Part shown: one piece after another, positions 39,344 to 52,695 of the stretch
Layout of the letters: every line of letters starts with the position of its first letter
Numbering within the stretch: the first letter of the stretch is position 1
Assembly: GCA_040954595.2 (NCBI GenBank)
Contig: CM082581.2
Span: 1,914,699-1,978,698, forward strand
From: Balanoglossus misakiensis
Lineage: Eukaryota > Animalia > Hemichordata
DNA: 64,000 nucleotides
Direction of reading: 5' to 3'
Made by a program: the position numbers and the translations under genes
The notes under the pieces: model-generated
The model's database searches: none
What the model was told of the DNA's origin: nothing
The model's input: the letters and a program-made list of their open reading frames with translations, nothing else

Positions 39344-42300
39344 TGTTTACAAGACCGTCGTCGGCCACGGCCGGCGAAACTTTCATACCGTCGCCATTTT
39401 GTGCAATGAATTCTGGGTACCGAGCAAGAGTTCAAATAATAAAGCAGGTCAAATAATGTCGAGCGAACCAAATAATGGCCGAGGTAATGGTCGAGGTAAT
39501 GTCGAGACCATGACATAAATACGAACTAACCAAATAACGGTATAATAATGACATAATAGCATAGTAATGATGAGAAAACTTCCAAATAAAGACATCGGTA
39601 CTGAATAATGACATAATAACGGCCAAATAACGAAATAACGGTATAATAATGACCGAGGTAATGTCGAGCGAACCAAATAATGGCCGAGGTAATGTCGAGA
39701 CCATGACATAAATACGAACTAACCAAATAACGGTATAATAATGACATAATAGCATAGTAATGATGAGAAAACTTCCAAATAAAGACATCGGTACTGAATA
39801 ATGACATAATAACGGCCAAATAACGAAATAACGGTATAATAATGACCGAGGTAATGTCGAGCGAACCAAATAATGGCCAAGGTAATGGCCAAATAATGAC
39901 ATAATAACATAATAATGATGAGAAAACTACCAAATAAAGACATCAGCTATTTTTGGCGGTGTTCTCACCCCATACCCCTCCCCTTCAGCACTATACATGA
40001 TTCAACAGCCTCAGAGGGTCATTCTTCACACACACATAAAATGAATGGCTGATTACATGAAATATTTTCGAAAGTCAGTAAGTGGTCATGAAAGGCTCTT
40101 GTTTTTGTTAAAATAAAAAAATGTTAGGAAATTCAAGAAAAGTAAAAAGCAATGTATGTGAATATTGATATTAAAAACATTTGATTTTAATTGTTTGGCT
40201 ACTATGGTCACTGGATAGAAGAGATTAGGACTCTTTAATGACTTTATTTGCATTTGAATAGTGAACTTTCCTTTTGACGTTGAACCCCCTAGCTGGACGA
40301 GAAAATGATCTAAATGTATCATGAACGTTTATTTTGTTGATACCATTCATTAATTTACCTTTTTAGGCATATATAAATGCATTATATCTCGATTGTAATT
40401 TGAGTGCATTTCGAGTCTATTAAAGTAGTTTTCGTCGTACGAGGTCTCCTTCACTCCAGTCACTTCCTTATAACAGACTATATTTCTTCACATGCATCTA
40501 ATAGTTTGATTCTAACATACTTGTCACGGGTGTCGCCGTTCACCACAAAACACACCAACATGGTTTAAAGGTTTCACAAGACATAGGCCTATAACATTTC
40601 TTAACTGAAATTGAACAGGGACATCATCAGTTCATATGTGTGGCCGGTCTGGCTACACAGGTGAACTGCTAAATTACGCACATGTATGGGAGTTCACCTA
40701 CAGCAGAATACACAAAAATTCATGCAAGTGAAAAATACAGAAGTACAATTGAAGACTTGACGCAAGTTCAGACACCAATTACTTGTGCTAAAATGAGCCA
40801 GTAGAATGCACCTATATAAAAATGCTTCAAGCTACAGGTAAAGTACAAGGAAAACTAACCTGAAATTGAACATAGACATCTTCAGTTCATACATGTGGCC
40901 GGTCTGGATACAGAGGTGAACTGACTAAGTATATGCATGGTGTCCTTTTATATCAGCAATCTACACTATGGTGGCGCATTACCTTGAGTTCATTAGTCAA
41001 ATGAAACATCCTGGTGGTTTGCATATAATTGAGATCATCAAATAGACTGTAAGTTCTATCATTACTAGAAAGGTGTTCTCATGAATAAATGATTAAATGA
41101 TGACTGCAAAGAATACAGGTGTTACATACATACATATATTACATATATATTCAAGTGAACGAATGGTTCGGTCCAAATCCATTGTTTCCTGCTGGAAAGT
41201 TGGATGTCTACACAGGGAATTGGGTGAAAGGTGAGAGTGCTAAGAAAAAAGGCTGATGGTAATTTTCCATTTTTATCTAAATTGAATACATGTGTGGGCT
41301 TAATCTTTCCCAATAATGCTGACACACAAAAAGTTCATTGTTTTACCAAACTTTCCTTGAGAGTCGAATGAAGGCACTTGATATTAGCACAGAGACTGAT
41401 TTTTTCCACACACCACTTTTCTCCTTTCATAGAGCTCCATTCAAATTTTGTACACAACAATGTAATAACATTGTCACTACCCAAGCCTAACTTTCAAATT
41501 ACAATGTGACATTTCAAAACACTGTTAGACTCCCCAATGAACCATTAACTCTGGATCAGCATCCCTTCAAATTAGTGATAGCCCTGGGGTGAGTTTCGTT
41601 AATTTTGTTATAATGGTGTTATTTAATTGTTTGGCTGTAACACAAATTACTACATGGAAGTATAAACATGTTATGTCCACACATATGCTGTAGGTTCAGC
41701 TTCAATTCAATTTTCAGCAATCAGATCATAACAAATTATTCCAAAAAAAATGAACATCAAGAGCTGGTGACTTTGTGGCTTTCACATGATAAATATAAAC
41801 GTGTGAACATTGCCCCATGCTAGAGTGTGATATTAACACGTCTCAAACAACCTACAATTCTCTGTATATAATGAAACACATTCATTATAGCTGGATTAGT
41901 TGGTTCACAGGTAATCTGTAACCAGATAGGCTGACCTGAGCAATCCATGTTTTTGCAAGTGTTTTATTGTCACTGTCATAGTGTGACTTCTTTGGTGTAA
42001 TGCTCCACTGAACACAAGAGTATTAAAATTGGACAGATAAATGACCAATAACACAAAGTCTGTGATTGGGTAATACAAATGATAAGTACACAACTGGAAG
42101 ATCTGTCACTCAAAGTTTTGTCTATTGCTCTTTTCCCTGAGGGAGAAATAGAGAGCAATTTTAGAGATACGTTCTTCAGTTTAATGATCAGGCATTAATG
42201 AAATATTAGTCTAGTATATAGCTGTATTTTGTCAGCTTTGCTTCCAAAAACTATGCATGCCACTGCCCCAATAAAGCACGATACCCCTTGCTGGGAATTG

Positions 42301-42581
42301 TGATGTAATTAATATCACTTTGAAGTCAATCACAGACTTTTTTTTCCATTGATTGGTCAAAGGATACATGTGTTGTTAAGGATGAGTACCATTTTGACTT
42401 TAGATTAGCCTTGCCTTCACTGTATCTTTACACACAATCACCATTGATCAGTTTATGTGCGTGACTTCAAGGGGGATGCTAGTTACATCACAATTCCCAG
42501 CAAGGGCTATCAGGTTTTATTGGGCCAGTGGCATGCATGACTCTAAATGTTCGTTTTGGAAGCAGAAAAAATGGGTATATA

Positions 42582-42788
42582 CTGTAAAACATGAAATTTT
42601 CCCAACAGGAAATTTTCGCAATATCAAAAGTGGCGACTGTTATGTAATGATTAATTTTCGCATTCTCGAATTTCAATTCATCATTATTTCAGAAAAACAT
42701 TTTTTTGCGACTTTTTAGTTTTCAGGTTATTTTGGCTCTTGCATGATTCATGCAAATTTATCGCTCGTGAAAATTTCCTGTTTTACAG
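42582..42788. mobile_element. TA-flanked MITE (CTGTAAAAC...GTTTTACAG), with a related copy at about 57250-57454
   Basis: TA|CTGTAAAACATGAAATTTTC ... GAAAATTTCCTGTTTTACAG|TA. Confidence 0.75.
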
Positions 42789-44989
42789 TACATCCTAAGT
42801 ATCTTTTTTTCACACCAGAAGACAATGCATAGTTGCTTTGTGTATGGCAGACTTTGTATTACGATAGACACTGACAACCAGTTACATCTGTCTCGCATAC
42901 AAATATGGTCATATTGAAATAAGGTATTACGATGGAAACAAAGTAAAGCTAATGCAAGAATTAGTACAGAACAAGTCTATTCTGTTACTACACTGGAATA
43001 ACCATTCTGTGTTATTTGATCTGTTTAATTAAAGTCTACAGTCTCGTGTTCATTATAGTCAGTTTCCTGTATGAATTTATTGATTCAGAATATCAAAAAG
43101 ACTCATGTCATCAGCCAGCAGACTACTACTTGATTGTTGCTGTGTTTGTTGCATGCTGGGTGCCAAGCCCATCTGAGGTACCTGTGGTCGCGGCCGTGGC
43201 TGTTGTCCTAGTAACAGCTGTTGTTGTTGTTGTGATTGCTGTTGTTGTAAGAACTGCTGTTGTTGTTGCCATGTTTGTTGTGTTGCTGCTGGTTGTTGTT
43301 GTTGTGGTGGTGGTGGTGGAATGGTTGCTTGTGTACCGCTAGCTTGTTGTTTTTGTTGTTGCTGTTGAATGCAAACAAAATGGTTTTCTTTTTAAAGTCA
43401 CTTCACAGAAAGCGGCAATGTATCAGGAGACAGCTCTCTTTAACGTTCTTCACATTTGTCAATCAGACTGAAATTTAGGGAGGCATAAAGTAACTGTAAT
43501 TTCGGGTATAGTCGTGTCGTGTCTACTATTTGATGGTTAATTTCAGGACCCCCATAGACCTAATTAATTATGTACACACCTAATTCTAGGCTAACCAATA
43601 GATCTAGAAGTTTGGATTTTGTAGGACATAAATCAGTTTAGGATCAAAACTTTTTGACAAAATTTCTGGTATCCACAGCAGATAATCCTTGGCATTCTGT
43701 AGAAACCCTGGGAATCGCTTGGGCCCAGTGAACACTGCTTTCAGCTTTAATTCACCATGTAATCAGATGCAGACATTTTGAAAACAATGTGATTTAAATT
43801 CTAAGCAGACTTTTGTTAAAGGGTTATGATCGTCTAATGTGCATGTGCCAAAGCAGAGATTCTGGTTACAAAAACTTTATCAATGACACAATTCTGTCTA
43901 TACAACAGACAAGATGGCGGCAACCATACTCTGTGTCGTAAATTAGGAAAAAAAACAGCAAATTGAGTGAAAAGAAGAGACAAAATGAAAGTCTTCTTTA
44001 TATATATATATATATGGTGGGAAAGAAATATGAAAGGAAGTGAAGGCAGTCCACTATTTGAATGCATGCACATAAAATTTGCAGATATTTGGATTTGATC
44101 TTATTTTGTACACACAAAATTACACATATGTGCATAAGAGTAAGACGATTGTCTGCATTTAAAACTGTCTGACGGAGGTTATCATCAGTGCTTCCACACT
44201 GATACCATGGAAAAACTAGAAGAATTGAAAATAAGAATGAGACAAGATTTGTTGTATTCCTCTGTCTGTAATTTAGGTCTGCTTTGGGCAAATAGTGCTT
44301 TGAATTTATTCTGTGTGACTGTCAGGTCCCAAATACATTAAGATAATTTCGGGAATGGCACAGACCATGTTATTTGTAACATCAAGAAAGCTCCTTTTTT
44401 GAGAAAAATGATTTTATTTTTCCCCACATAACAATTCCCAGGAGTGACACGGGTATCAGTCTTGGTTTTCAAAATATTCACTGTTCACATTATTGTGACA
44501 ACTTACTTGAAAGTGGTGTCTTAGTTGTTGATTTGTTGATTGTATATTGGATGGCTGTGCTTGCACTGCTTGTTGTTGTTGTTGGGCTATCTTTGTAATT
44601 GCTTTTGTTGTTGTCTTTGTGTTATGAGTTGATTTTGTCGTGCATGTTGATCTTGCTGATTCTTCAATTCAAGTTCTTATTTTCTGTGCCATCTCTAGAT
44701 TCTCCTGCAGTGCTTGAATATTCCTCTAAAAGATCAAACAAAGAAAAGTGTAAACAGTCAATCATTGTCATGTGTCAATCTACCAACAGGTAACTGACTA
44801 CAGGAGCTTCAGCCAATTTTCACTTGGGAGATTATTGAAATCAATTTAAAGCTCAGTAACTCCAACTTCGGGTTATTTTCTCAATATTTTTTTGGGGTAT
44901 CAACTGTGGTTTCTTGTCCCACTTATCATGGAATTAATCATATTCAAATATTTGAAGGGATTAAAAAGTACATACTGTAAAACACTTTA

Positions 44990-45324
44990 GTGCCTTTCAC
45001 ACGTGCCATCAACGCCGCCCCAGCAGCGGCCCTAGGGCGGCGTTAATTTGTAAGTGCCACGTGTGAAAAGGTGAGAGCGGCTTTTTTGGGGACGGTGTTG
45101 AGGGGTGGGACCTGGGTCGGGGCGCTGCACTAAACAGCGACTCAAATCACGTGTGAACATTGTGACCTTTAGTCACACTGCTGTGGACGCGCGTAGAGGG
45201 CGATGACCCTGTCCCTTTTATACACATGTGCATGCAAAAGTATTTGAGTCACTGATAAGAAATGTTTACCAAATTTTATAATCCCAAAAAGGGCGCCCTA
45301 ACAATGGCACGTGTGCAAGCGGCT
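44990..45324. mobile_element. Harbinger-like MITE nested in a TACTGTAAAAC-type MITE
   Basis: Imperfect TIR with core CACACGTGCCAT / ATGGCACGTGTG, and TTA on both flanks. Confidence 0.5.
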
Positions 45325-45623
45325 TTAATTTTTCGCGAGCAATACATTTTCGCCAAATACGCAAGTGCCAAAATAGTGTAAAAATAAAGTGTCACGTAAT
45401 TTTTTTTGAAGATAACGATGCAGTGAATGAAATAAGTGAACACGAAAATATATACTCGCGAAACAGTGGCCGCTCTCGATATAAGATCTGGAGTGCTGAG
45501 CAGTCTCTAACTATGTGTACTGATTGGTTGCAATAGAATACATATCAATAAGCAGGCCTTCTCCGCCCGTCAAATAGTGTTTACCCATCGTACAAATTGC
45601 CAAAATGAAGATATATCCCAATA

Positions 45624-45799
45624 CAGTAAAACTCCAATTATCCGAACTGACAGGGGGACATTGATTTTGTTCGGATATGCAGACAGTTCGGTTATTCGGA
45701 TAGCGATCCTATACAAAAGAACTGTTTGGGGGACATGACAGCAGTTTGGATAACCAAACAGTTCGGATAATTGGAGTTCGGATAATTGGAGTTTTACTG
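45624..45799. mobile_element. Tigger/pogo-like MITE with TA TSD
   Basis: TA|CAGTAAAACTCCAATTATCCGAACT ... AGTTCGGATAATTGGAGTTTTACTG|TA. Confidence 0.85.
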
Positions 45800-48700
45800 T
45801 ATAGGTAATTTAATGGCCTGGAAGGAACATTTTTAGTCAAAAAATAGTGCCATGCATGCAACAAGCAGGTGTGTAAAGTGTGTCACCCACCAAGCTCAAG
45901 GACGCATGAAATAACAAAATAATAACAAAACCAAACAGATTACAGGTAATATTACATATTAAGTGACACGACTTGACAATAGCCAAGTCAGGTACAAAGT
46001 GCAGAAGTTTTAATGGAGGGTTCCCATACTGATTTTATGTTCTGTGCATACATCTGTAAGTGTTGCATCAACTGAATTTTGCATCAGCAGAATTGTTGGC
46101 ATGGTATATTGTAAGAAGTAAAACAGACACTTTATTTCTTTCAGGGTATTTCAACAGGACTTTGTTATATGACATCACATTTTTAAGTGTTTGATTACCA
46201 TACTACATAAGGTTGAATGTATTTTGCAAACCTGATCAGTGAACACAGTGGGGTAAACCTCCATAGCTGCCAAAACGCACATTTTTTCATGAGTTTTCCT
46301 TTAAACTTGAATTGATGCATATAAATAGGCTTATCAAATTTGATTGTGACGGTACTTTGCAATTCGAAAGTCAGCTGGATTAAAACGGTTCTACCGTTTT
46401 TATAGGGGTCCAGTTGACCTCCATGGTGAGTAAACAAGTATTGTGGTCATGATAGTTCCAGCAGTGCAAATGTTGTGTACACTTCATGATATTAAATATG
46501 TTGCTCGGTTGACATAAAAGATTTATCCTTTGACAACCATGCTGCCTTTCAGATGGCCAGCCCAAGATAATAGTGGTGAATTTAAAATAGCTGCGAGAAC
46601 TCCAAACATTTTCATACAAGTAATCCGTTTCCGGTTGACGACAAATTCATGCACATACAAGGTATGTCGCTTACAGGCATATAAGTTGAAACTTTAGGGA
46701 TAATTATCATTTTTTTTCAAACTTTACTAGTATTAGTCCATGCAGATGTAGGCACTGAACTGTATACAAGTATTTTTAACCCTAAATATGAGTGCATTTG
46801 CAAGTTTTAACCAGATAAATAATAAAGCTTTGCCATAAAGAAATATGGCTGCCACCGTGGGAAATGCAAGAAACAATGAAAATGTTGCATTTCTGACTAT
46901 TGAACTTCATAAACAAAACATGATCTCCTCCACTAGAACTCATGCAAGTAAATGTACACCGCTGAGACATTAGATTTTCATTTTTCATTGCAAAATTGCA
47001 CTTTTTAAAAAATACAGGAATTTTAGATTTTCTTTCATTTTTGGCCTGTTTTGTCATACATAAGTGTTGATCTTGATATATTATGAAATGTCATTTAATA
47101 GACATAATTAAAATCATATATAAGATTATTTAAAGCTTAATTTAAATGAATATTTCCTTTTTATGAAAAACTGACAATCTCGAGCAGGCAAACACTGAGA
47201 CTGATTACAGTATGTAGAGGATGGGGGCGCAAATTGCATCTGCATAAAGCAAGAAGAATGCTTCAACATAACTGACACATCTGTTTAAACAGCCAATAAA
47301 TGGAAGGGGATACTGCTCCCCCCCCCCCCTCTCTGAAGTCATATTACTTGATCAAGTTTCCGAAACTCTGAGTATACGAGTCAAAATGACAATTTGTGCT
47401 TAATGTTTGTTTTGGATCAGCATTTTTCTGGTATTGGAGATGGTTTCAATCACAGCCACTGGACAAAACTGGCCATGTTAATGTTTCCACAAAATCAACA
47501 GTCGATTCAAACTGAGAAAATTTGGTCACTGGGAAAAATGTTAGTGATGTCAAAATGTTATGTTTTAGCACCTATTATCGGACTGAATGAGCGTGCTGCG
47601 TTTCATGCATTTATGATGGTTGTCTGCAAAGACCATTGGAGCATGTTTGCCAACAGGACTGTGGTCGAATCTATACTGGTACGTGTTTGTGTAAATTGCC
47701 TATATAACAGTTGACCAGCAGGGGTAGACACCCTTTGGACAGGAATTTGAATTTTAAAGGCACACAAGCTGCAAATTTTGGGATAGTTATAATAATTTTA
47801 TCAAACAATTGAAAAGAAAATAAATGTTTGCGTGTTGGTTGTTTACCATAACTAAAATTTTTGACATTTTCCTACGCGCTAAACAAAACTCTTTTTTTGT
47901 CCTTATCAGTAGCAGTGTGGCACCATTTCCTAGATAGACAGAAGCTCACCTCGTTGATAGCATTTGGGTGTATAACATTTCTCTGTTGTTGCTGGCTTAT
48001 CTGTCAATAAGATAGGTTACATTTATCTTTAAGGGATTCATAAGTGACTTTGACATAAGACATCTTAACCCTATGACCTTTCATACAATGAGCAGTTGCC
48101 AAATTAACTTTCTCTCTGAACATTAATGTGACCAATCCGGACCGGGCACTGTTCCATTCTACTACGCAAAACAACTCATCGCAAAGAAACCCAGGAAGGG
48201 AAATGCTGACAAAATCTACACCTATCAGTAAATTTCAGACATCAAATCTTGTAACTGCATTTATACAATTTATTTGAATAATGCCTTTGTGGTTATCTGA
48301 TGTCAATTATTTAATTGAAGAGTTGTTGTGTTGGAGTTAACTTGTGTGAATTGCTTGCCTTTCATTCTGACAGTCAATTATATCTTGAGGAAGCAGCTCC
48401 CACTTCTAGATTGAAAATATGAATTATTTAAAATACATGTATATATATTTCTTTTCAATGTACAACACTATATCACAAGTCATCTTTTCACAAGAGGTGG
48501 GCCAAACCATACAGGAAACTGTGAACAATCATTCAATGCTTTGATATTTGGACTGACAACACCACTCTTTGGCACAATATTCAATTTCAAACATTTTTGA
48601 ATACTGTAAACGCATTGAATATCGCATGTATTAAATGTTGCTATTTTGCAATTGGGGCCAGTGAGTGAGCATTTAAATATAAGAATGCAAGGTTCTCAAA

Positions 48701-50454
48701 AAAAATAAAAGTCACTGTTTGTTCCTTTGATTTGTGTATCATTTGATAAACTGCAGCCATACACATTCATTGACGAGAAGTGTCAAAACATCCACAGGTC
48801 TATTCATTGAATGTGAGGTGCAAAGCTAGAAATGGAGATGTTACTAGTAGTGTAATACAAAGACAGCAAATAGCAGCCGGACTTGTTTCCTACAAAAAAA
48901 TCCAGCCATGTCATGTTGCTGGAAAGTCTTTGTACTTCAATAACAATACAGTCCAATTATGAAAGGGAAAGCTATGGATATGTCCTGTTTTAAACATTTG
49001 TTTGTACTATTTTGATATTCGCCATGTTAATATCACCACAAGCTAATATCCAAACTACACACAACTGCAAGTTCACTGGCCTCAAGTCACTTGTGGATGT
49101 TGACACTAATACCCATTAAAACTTCCTATCTGGGAACATGTAAATGCACACTACAGGAAAACAAACCAATAATTCAGAACACTATTGTGACGGTCACAGA
49201 ACTTGTGAATTTATTACAAAAGCAGTCATCCTGAAAATTGAAATACACAACCTGACGACCATCACTGATTTTAGTCAGCTACCATCACTGAATGAAGAAC
49301 TCAAACAAAAAATTGCTTAATACGCTGTTAAAAATAACAATGCAACAAAAAACACAAATGATCGACTCCAGTCATATATGTACATCAAGCAACATCAACT
49401 GAAAGGCTACAGGCAGTATCGTCAATACACAGGTTGTTGTTGCTATGCTCAAGGCGTCAATGAATTGGTGGTCACATTTCATTGAACAATGAATGGGCAA
49501 GTGCTCACTCACTTCTTCAGTGAATTTCACTGTTTGTTTATCTTATCATAAAAACTTGGGCACCACAGTCCTTTGGATAAAAATATTCATGTGTGGTGAT
49601 TTAAAATCAGTGTTGCAAGAAACAGAATTAATCACAGGATTAATGGCTTCTGATTGAAAAATACTAAATGCTTAATATGCCATATGCCGCACACAGAGTG
49701 ATCACATTAGTCAATTGGACCGCTGTTCCGAAGGACTAAAATGATTGCAATGTTTTAATATTATATTTATTTTACAAAACCCTTACATCTGAGCTTTACT
49801 TTAAAGTACTTCCATTTACAAGTAGTACAAGTACACATCAGTTAACATTGACAGCTAGGCATGACGTCATAGATGTAGGACTTCAAAACTGACATTCTGA
49901 ACAGTGGGGGCGCTCTATCATAGTGGGTTTTAATGAACATGTGTATTTAATTTCATGAATCAGATATATCAATGAAAACTGTGTGTTTTAACATACGCTT
50001 ATTGTTTATGCATTTGCAGTATCTAGTCATATTACAGTAATACACCAGACATGTTCTTAACTCAATCAATGTGTGTGTGTAAGTTCAATTTCTGACCACA
50101 CTCAGATTACCCAAGTCCATGTGACCAACTCTACTGCAAGTATACAGACTTGAACTCCGGAAAACTAGTCACCTACAATACTTGAACTGGAGCCACATCC
50201 AAAACTTGACTTTGAGATATTTTATCAAATCAGTGCTCCTTTTAGAATTAGAACTCCCATGCAATTTTTGTGACAGAAGAAATAAAGAGATTCCCAGAAA
50301 GAACCTCCCAGTTCCCTTTTTAGAGGTCCAACCTTACCATAGAAAACAACGGGTTTGGACTGTACCATGGTGGTGAAATGGTTAAGCCAGAGCATGTATC
50401 AAAATACAGTAAAACCTGTCTCAACCAAAACCTGTCTATTACAAGGACATTGTT

Positions 50455-51570
50455 CAAACTCCTAGGTTCACTTTTGTTAAATCGCAACACCTGGTCCAGA
50501 GCAGTGCAAACATTGGCTAATCAAGCCAGCAAGGTGTTGTCTCTACTCTCAGTTGCCAGGTGGAAACTAGGGTATATGCCATTTGAATGTCACTTCAAGG
50601 TGTTTGATGCCATGATCTTACTCATTCTTTGTTATGGATCGGAGACTTGAGTTTTATGACATCATAGAAAAAGTGCAAAGAACATGGTGCAGAATTTTTC
50701 TAGGTGTGCCAAGGAGCACTACCAATGAAGCTGTTATTGGAGAATGTGGGCGGTTGCCAGTGTATGTTCACACAATGTTGTATTCGTTACTGGGTGAAAC
50801 TTATAGAGATGCCACAGGAAAGACTCCCTAGGCAAGCATATTTAATGCTACATACGTAATCTTGACTGTTTAGGCCGTCACACTTGGGCAACATCGGTGA
50901 AACACATTTTATTTTCGCCTGGATTTCTCAGGAAAGAGGCGATAAGCGTTTGTTCCTTTCAGCATTTGAGACAAGAATTTCAGATATTTTGAAGCAACAA
51001 TGGAAATCACACTGTCCGTCCAAAACCAAACTCCGTACATACACACATTTTAAATAATTGTTACAGCCTGAAAAGTAGTTAATGTCAACTGTACACGTAA
51101 TGTCAAAGACATTTTTGCATGTTTTCGCTGTTCTGCCCTTCCTCTTGCAATAGAGGAGGGAAGAGATCAGAATGTGGACGTTTCAGAGAGACACTGTAGG
51201 CTATGCTCTGGTGCACAAATAGAAGACGAGTATCACTTTTTACTTGTTTGCCCCTTATATGACAGTCTTAGAAAACAATATATTGGTTACACTAAAATTC
51301 CCCACATTCAAATGTTTGTTAATATCAGGAGCGCATCAGAATCCTCAAGTATTTATGTTTACAATGCCTTTAAACTTAGAGAAAATGTGTTAAAAAACTT
51401 AATCTGCTAAGTTCCTCACTTTGTATCCCGAGTACGTACTTCCACACAAGTGCTGCTTGATGTTGTCATTTATATTATTTGAGTACATGTATTATTTATT
51501 TCATTTTCGTACAATTTTCTGATTACCTTTATGCCCTCTTACCTATGGGCTGGAGGCCTTGACAATCAAT
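50455..51570 (+). mobile_element. 5'-truncated, degenerate LINE (RTE-X-like): post-RT region and C-terminal CCHC Zn finger
   Basis: Fragments ILCYGSE, IEKVQRTWCRIFLGV...NEAVIGECGRLP and CRLC...IEDEYHFLLVCPLY, broken by frameshifts and stops. Confidence 0.8.
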
Positions 51571-51611
51571 TAACGTGCACTGTTGTGCACCTGAACAATG
51601 AACAACAAATC

Positions 51612-51940
51612 AATCACACATTCTCACTGAATCGAAAGCTGTATATGACACAAGCGCTGATTCAGATTGGATGACAAAGCTAAATGTTATCCTATGATAC
51701 AGAAACTACAACGTGCCAGATGACAGTTCAAGAGTCATTTATTTAATGTTTTAAAACGAATTTGGCTAATTTGTGGCCGTGTGAGAAATATAATCTCACA
51801 CACCAAGGACCTGGGATCATATTTCTCACACTCGTCAGGGATATTTTGTCCCACACTCGACTGCAGCTTGTTTGGGACAGAAAATCCTCAACACATGTGA
51901 GAAATATGATCCCAAGTCCTTGGGAGTGTGAGATTCTATT
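51612..51940 (-). mobile_element. Double-hairpin element, inverted copy of the family at 62070-62430
   Basis: Reverse-complement match to 62070-62430. ORFs 51762 and 62055 share QGPGIIFLT. Confidence 0.75.
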
Positions 51941-52695
51941 AGTCTTACAACCTTAGGACCTGGTAAAAGATTTCTCAGACGAGTTGGGGATATTTTTAGC
52001 TCGTGTTAGACAAGCCAAAATATCCCTGATGAGTGTAAGAAATTGCGTTAAGTACACGGTGGTCCCATTCACGGATAATACAAGAAAAAAGTCTACACCG
52101 GAGTACATATACAGACAGACACACACACACACACACACACACATCAAGAGATCAACAGGCAAACATTGGCTGACCCATAAGCTGCCAATGGCATGTGTAC
52201 TGTACACACACCAAATAGAACAGCTGGTCTCTTTAACAGTTAGCCAGTTATGTAAACATGCAGTTACCAATCACTGTTATTATTAACAAATTGCATCCAA
52301 GTCCAGACCCAGGCTTGAATACAATGTTTACACATAACAACATTGCTTACCCATCGAGCTGAACAAGAAATGATGGTTGATAACCAGAAAAATACTAAAT
52401 AAAAATTCAAAAGTTACAGATACTGGACCTTTCGTTGTCCACATATTGTGCTGGTCTTACCTGTACACTCTCCATTGACCAATCAATATCCCACAGAACA
52501 AGTGCAATAAAAAGAGCCTGCTGTATTCACACACTGGCGTTCACAAAGATCTGCTCTCTTATTGACATCTGAAATCAAAGATAGTTTATTATTTTTAATT
52601 TTATTATTATTTATTTCCTGACAAACGTAATACACATACATCTTAGTGCATTTTCTACTGAAAATAATAAAATTGGAAAACAAGTGAAAGCTTAA

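Larger units (their letters stand above)
36157..39974. mobile_element. Foldback-like element: 1726-bp inverted arms (36157-37882, 38249-39974) around a 366-bp spacer
   Basis: Mirror ORF pairs all sum to 76131. Termini are TATGGGGTGAGAACACCGCC / GGCGGTGTTCTCACCCCATA. Only two mismatches were noticed between the arms. No coding capacity. Confidence 0.9.
43077..48000 (-). pseudogene. Three 3' exons of a Gln-rich transcriptional co-activator-like gene (resembles a MED25 C-terminus), disrupted
   Basis: AG/GT-bounded phase-0 exons at 48000-47950 (ISQQQQRNVIHPNAINE), 44725-44507 (RNIQALQENLEMAQK...NQQLRHHFQ, with an internal stop from an apparent +1/-1 frameshift pair) and 43361-43077 (Q/P-rich, ending SLLADDMSLFDILNQ*). 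The family assignment is by eye only. Confidence 0.5.

Noticed and set aside
36188-39943. Mirror-image ORF pairs of up to 156 aa
   Set aside because: These are translations of low-complexity repeats in the inverted arms, open in several frames at once.
40605-40945. ~85-bp diverged direct repeat (near 40605 and 40860)
   Set aside because: A small local duplication with no ends, TSD or coding signal.
43016-43478. Val-rich + strand ORF, or a Thr-rich mucin reading on the - strand
   Set aside because: Both are alternative readings of CAA/CAG runs. The Gln frame has a good acceptor, a matching phase and a clean terminal stop.
46195-46619. Possible relic coding sequence (Cys/His/Trp-rich minus-strand ORFs)
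   Set aside because: Too short and degenerate to assign without a database search.
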